A DNA stretch of 64,000 nucleotides from Candidatus Dadabacteria bacterium (lineage in GTDB: Bacteria; Desulfobacterota_D; UBA1144; Nemesobacterales; CSP1-2). Of the stretch, positions 63,616-64,000 are shown in pieces (position 1 is the stretch's first letter; each line of letters begins with the position of its first letter). The notes beneath the pieces were generated by a model. The model was not told the origin of the DNA, did no database searches, and saw only the letters and a list, made by a program, of their open reading frames with translations. The stretch covers positions 1 to 64,000 of the forward strand of contig CAWDVW010000004.1 of assembly GCA_963805855.1 (NCBI GenBank). Direction: 5' to 3'. Position numbers and translations under genes: made by a program.

Positions 63616-64000
63616 ATGGGTATAAAAAAATATAATCCTACTACACCTGGGACAAGATTTAGAACCGGCTTAGACTTCTCGGAAATTACGGTTAAAAAAC
63701 CTCATAAGCCACTTACGAGATCATTAAAGGAGAAATCCGGGAGAAATTCACAGGGCAGGATTACTAGCTATAATCGTGGTGGTGGTAATAAGCGTTTTTA
63801 TAGGATAATAGATTTTAAAAGGGATAAATTCGATGTTCCGGCAAAGGTGGCTTCGATTGAATACGATCCTAATCGCTCTGCTAGGATCTCACTTCTCAGT
63901 TACGTTGACGGTGAGAAGCGATACATACTGACTCCAGACGAGCTTAGAATAGGAGATACGGTTGAGTCAGGTGAGAATGTTGAGATCTCAATCGGCAATG
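63616..64000 (+). CDS. rplB: 50S ribosomal protein L2 (3' truncated by window)
   Basis: [40 protein letters not shown] motifs. Confidence 0.97.
   Translation, partial: MGIKKYNPTTPGTRFRTGLDFSEITVKKPHKPLTRSLKEKSGRNSQGRITSYNRGGGNKRFYRIIDFKRDKFDVPAKVASIEYDPNRSARISLLSYVDGEKRYILTPDELRIGDTVESGENVEISIGN

Overview
Bacterial chromosomal segment with a moderately AT-rich backbone; the gene set suggests a deltaproteobacterial/Desulfobacterota-like organism (inference only). There are three zones. (1) 1-6.8 kb: membrane and ion-homeostasis genes (partial mscS, corA, YihY, voltage-gated-type K+ channel, DUF1579, Popeye/cNMP-binding protein, chlorite dismutase-family protein). (2) About 6.9-42.4 kb: a mosaic, decaying general-stress/metal/carbohydrate island with EF-hand, CsbD, three BON, two DUF3309, two Met-rich Spy/CpxP-like, a Cys-rich micro-protein, GH13, a Gln-repeat secreted protein, SGNH hydrolase, a GC-rich HAD-GH65/Cu-ATPase/APC/phosphoketolase block, Usp, DUF2141, XRE, RNB nuclease, radical SAM and a GT4-fusion + GH130 pair. 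It is littered with IS3/IS1380 remnants, a two-copy IS3-derived miniature element, local duplications, an attC-like hairpin and genes collapsed to their termini. (3) 42.4-64 kb: intact core genes (PD-(D/E)XK nuclease, M23 peptidase, rlmB, ligA, polX, macro, Nudix, ssb, cupin, glmU, glmS, purD, str operon and start of the S10 operon). No CRISPR array, rRNA or tRNA was recognised. I cannot demonstrate a new biological system. The most unusual signals are the extreme cytosine depletion confined to tuf, the recurrent termini-only gene scars, the unannotated Cys-rich and Lys-rich micro-proteins, the IS3-derived MITE and the GT4-fusion/GH130 pair. Family assignments come from motif recognition, not database searches. 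Many frameshifts may be long-read errors.
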